This document shows, piece after piece, positions 61,788 to 64,000 of a DNA stretch of 64,000 nucleotides; the first letter of the stretch is position 1, and each line of letters opens with the position of its first letter. The notes under the pieces were generated by a model. It was given only the letters and a program-made list of their open reading frames with translations. It was not told the origin of the DNA and made no database searches. Source of the stretch: Hyaloraphidium curvatum SAG 235-1 (lineage: Eukaryota > Fungi > Monoblepharomycota); the NCBI GenBank assembly GCA_025558095.1, contig JAIVFI010000026.1, positions 310,001 to 374,000 on the forward strand, read 5' to 3'. The position numbers were made by a program, and so were the translations under genes.

Positions 61788-62400
61788 ACTATAGTATAGA
61801 ATAGTATTGGTGACCCGGACCTGCCCCTGGCTTGGCCGCTGTTACACCATGAGTTTGCTGCTAATTGCAAAGTTCATTGTCGTCGTGTGTTTTTTTCATT
61901 TTCCCAGTTTTCCTGTCCTTCATGGACTTTGAGATGAAGCTGGCAATGGAGTTGAGGGCCTTCTCCTTCTGCCGCCTCGCTTTGATCGTGGGCTCGAACT
62001 CCTTGATGCTAAGAGCCCAGAGCCAGGTCTCCATGTTCCACTCGCGGCCTACTGCTTCCAATCTAGTCTGCAGCTTCTGGCGCCGCTCCGCATTTGCTGA
62101 ACAGTGAAACAGAAAGTGTTGTTCGTCTCCAATGTGCTCAGGGTCATGCTTGCACGTTCTCTGCTGCACCTCAAGTCCTTGGTGCCTGCCTGTCTCCACC
62201 TCCAGGTCGTGGGTAGAGCACAGCAACTTTTGGACATCCCTCCGGTGCTTCTCCACCTGGATCAGGGATGGTCCGATGTGGCCAAAGGTCATGTCACACA
62301 TCCTCCAAAAGTGCAGTTTGTCGTTGTCCTTGAGCCTCTGGGCATTGATCTCCCTGAACTTGCCCTTCACAAGATTCTCCACAGTCTCCTTGGGCCATGA
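61788..62400 (-). mobile_element. 5'-truncated LINE 3' end: C-terminal zinc-knuckle region, short 3'UTR and (TACTA)n-like tail
   Basis: HDLEVETGRH...RTC...GDEQHFLFHC; stop at 61861; tail aatactattctatactatagt on the minus strand; few CpG. Confidence 0.75.
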
Positions 62401-62866
62401 GAATGTTGGAATGGATTGTTGCTACGATTCTGTATCAATAGGGAGTCTATTGGCGTGTGGGGATACTTGGGTACGACCGGAGGGGTCATCTAGGGACTTG
62501 TCATCGCAAGGGAATGGACAACGGGTCAACGTGAAACTGTCCCTCTCCCCATCCCGTCCATCTGAGTTCAGACCCGGTTCAGACCACTGGGGCTACGTCT
62601 TCCCCATGCCCCATAGCCACTCCAACATTTGGAGCATTCCGCGCGAAGAAGACGAATGTTGCGCGCATAGTAAAATTTGGTGCATAGTTTTTGGGATGAG
62701 TCGCGCATAGTATTGGGATGATGTGCGCACAGTTTTTGCGTTGCGCTTTTTCACCTTCCAGATCGGTCCTCCTTACCTCTCTGTGGGAAAAGGCCAAGAT
62801 TAACGCACTCAGACGCGACCAGAATGATCAAATCTAGCTAGGTAGGTGCCGCACTGGGTGTGTTGT

Positions 62867-63483
62867 TCATTGAAACGCAGTACGCGTCTCGCTGATCGGA
62901 AGGCCTTCGACGACTTCGCGCAAGAGGTCAATTCCGTCCCCATTCACGGGATATCGGACAGTTGTTAGGCACGGTTGACACGTCTCGCAAGGAAAGCTGA
63001 GCCCATAGTTCCACTATGAAGCAAGTCATTCCCATCTCCCATCTCACACGAGCGAATCGGCAAACAAACCTTCTTGCATCGAACGCATTTCCAATCAGAG
63101 CCTTTGCCTTCGGTGGTGCTTTCGAGGTGCTCTCTCATGTCCGAACAGAAGTCCATGTCGCCAAACGCTTCGGCCGCGCCCGTCGGGCGATTGTCACTTT
63201 CGAGCCTGTTCCACTCCCCAACCGCCGTGGTGAACTGCATCATCCGAAACGTGTTGACGGTGTGTGCTGACAATTTGACGCCCTTCCACTTCGCAAGCTG
63301 CTCTTCCAAGAAGTCGCCCATGTACCCGCTCCTTGGTTTGACAAGTCTATCACCACACTTCGCGCTGGTTGCCGAGTAGTGGTCCGCCTTTCCACACCGA
63401 TGACATTTCGCGTCCATGGCTACCCGCGTTTCGGGCGAATTGGATGTGGAACTTGCCAACTCTGAGATGGCAGTCGGGCACAT
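62867..63483 (-). CDS. Small protein with a CCHC-like knuckle and a RanBP2-type zinc finger
   Basis: CHRCGKADHYSATSAKC; splicing intron 63014-63069 completes WKCVRCKK|WNYGLSFPCETC (W-x-C-x2-C-x3-N-x6-C-x2-C); start 63483 or 63417. Confidence 0.7.
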
Positions 63484-63568
63484 TCTGCTCAAAACCGCTG
63501 GCAGTGGCCTGCGTCACCCTTCCATACAACAAGAAACCGCCCAACTTCGTTGAACCTCTGCATTCGCA

Positions 63569-64000
63569 TCACGAAACAGAGATCTCCGCTAGACTAATCT
63601 TGCGAATCGGCGCCACCTGCGGCTGCAATTGCCAATGCCGCTCACCGCCGCTCTCCCGCGGCCGCCGACGCCTCTGCCGCCTGCTGCCGCCTTGCGCCAG
63701 TGCGCCCGGGCGCTGACCGACGCATCTGAAGTTGCCGATGTCTCCGGGCCCAGATCGACGCCTCTGCATCGAATGCAAGCGCTCCTCTGCGATCCGGACA
63801 CTGCCGGACGTCACCGCCAGACCTTGGTGCACTCCAATGAGGTAAATGAAAAACGGATGGAGGGGAAGTAATGGAGCAACAAGCACCAAGATGAAGGATA
63901 TCCCGAGCAGGGACCATCCAATGAAGGTGTTTGGCCCCAGGTGCCCGTGTTTGCTTGTATCGCTGAAAGGCAACGCAAAGAAGAACATCAGGAACACCAT
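63569..64000 (-). CDS. 3' end of a multi-pass membrane protein, truncated by the window edge
   Basis: Several hydrophobic segments in an ORF open to position 64000. Confidence 0.5.
   Translation of the reverse strand: MVFLMFFFALPFSDTSKHGHLGPNTFIGWSLLGISFILVLVAPLLPLHPFFIYLIGVHQGLAVTSGSVRIAEERLHSMQRRRSGPGDIGNFRCVGQRPGALAQGGSRRQRRRRPRESGGERHWQLQPQVAPIRKISLAEISVS

Noticed and set aside
62867-63483. Fanzor/TnpB remnant suggested by the knuckle spacing
   Set aside because: No RuvC motifs or long ORF follow

Overview
Gene-dense, GC-rich eukaryotic DNA with short (mostly ~50-65 nt) GT-AG introns and CTRAC-like branch points, so the six-frame ORF track fragments most genes. A fused alpha-beta tryptophan synthase and a KilA-N/APSES+ankyrin (SBF/MBF) factor indicate a fungus. 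Retained 'animal-like' features (MetRS with a C-terminal WHEP domain, a Lines-like protein) suggest an early-diverging, chytrid-like lineage; this is inference, and the species is not determined. About 37 genes were reconstructed by hand. The first ~10 kb is an accessory block of bacterial-looking, mostly intron-poor genes (SDR, GST, NUDIX, TolB-like, a repeat protein, DUF924, GH18-CBM5/12 chitinase) plus a hinge-less kinase. The rest is mostly housekeeping (MetRS, GHMP kinase, SelO, GRIP golgin, RRP36, GCP3, TRP5, Mbp1/Swi4-like, ORC2, NSE1, PTRHD1, ADAL, RPL35, PRP4 kinase), with decayed, nested LINE fragments near the right end. Best leads: (1) an FMN split-barrel gene whose in-frame TAG hides a 35-aa extension ending in a PTS1 (AKL); (2) an L-lectin/EGF-like/TM/PPxY/SH3 receptor; (3) a CCCH-F-box-CCHC protein; (4) a long RPL35 intron whose stem folds it back to the normal intron length; (5) a PTS2-tagged GST; (6) a possible non-AUG signal peptide on the chitinase. 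Exon boundaries and family calls come from motif recognition, not database searches.
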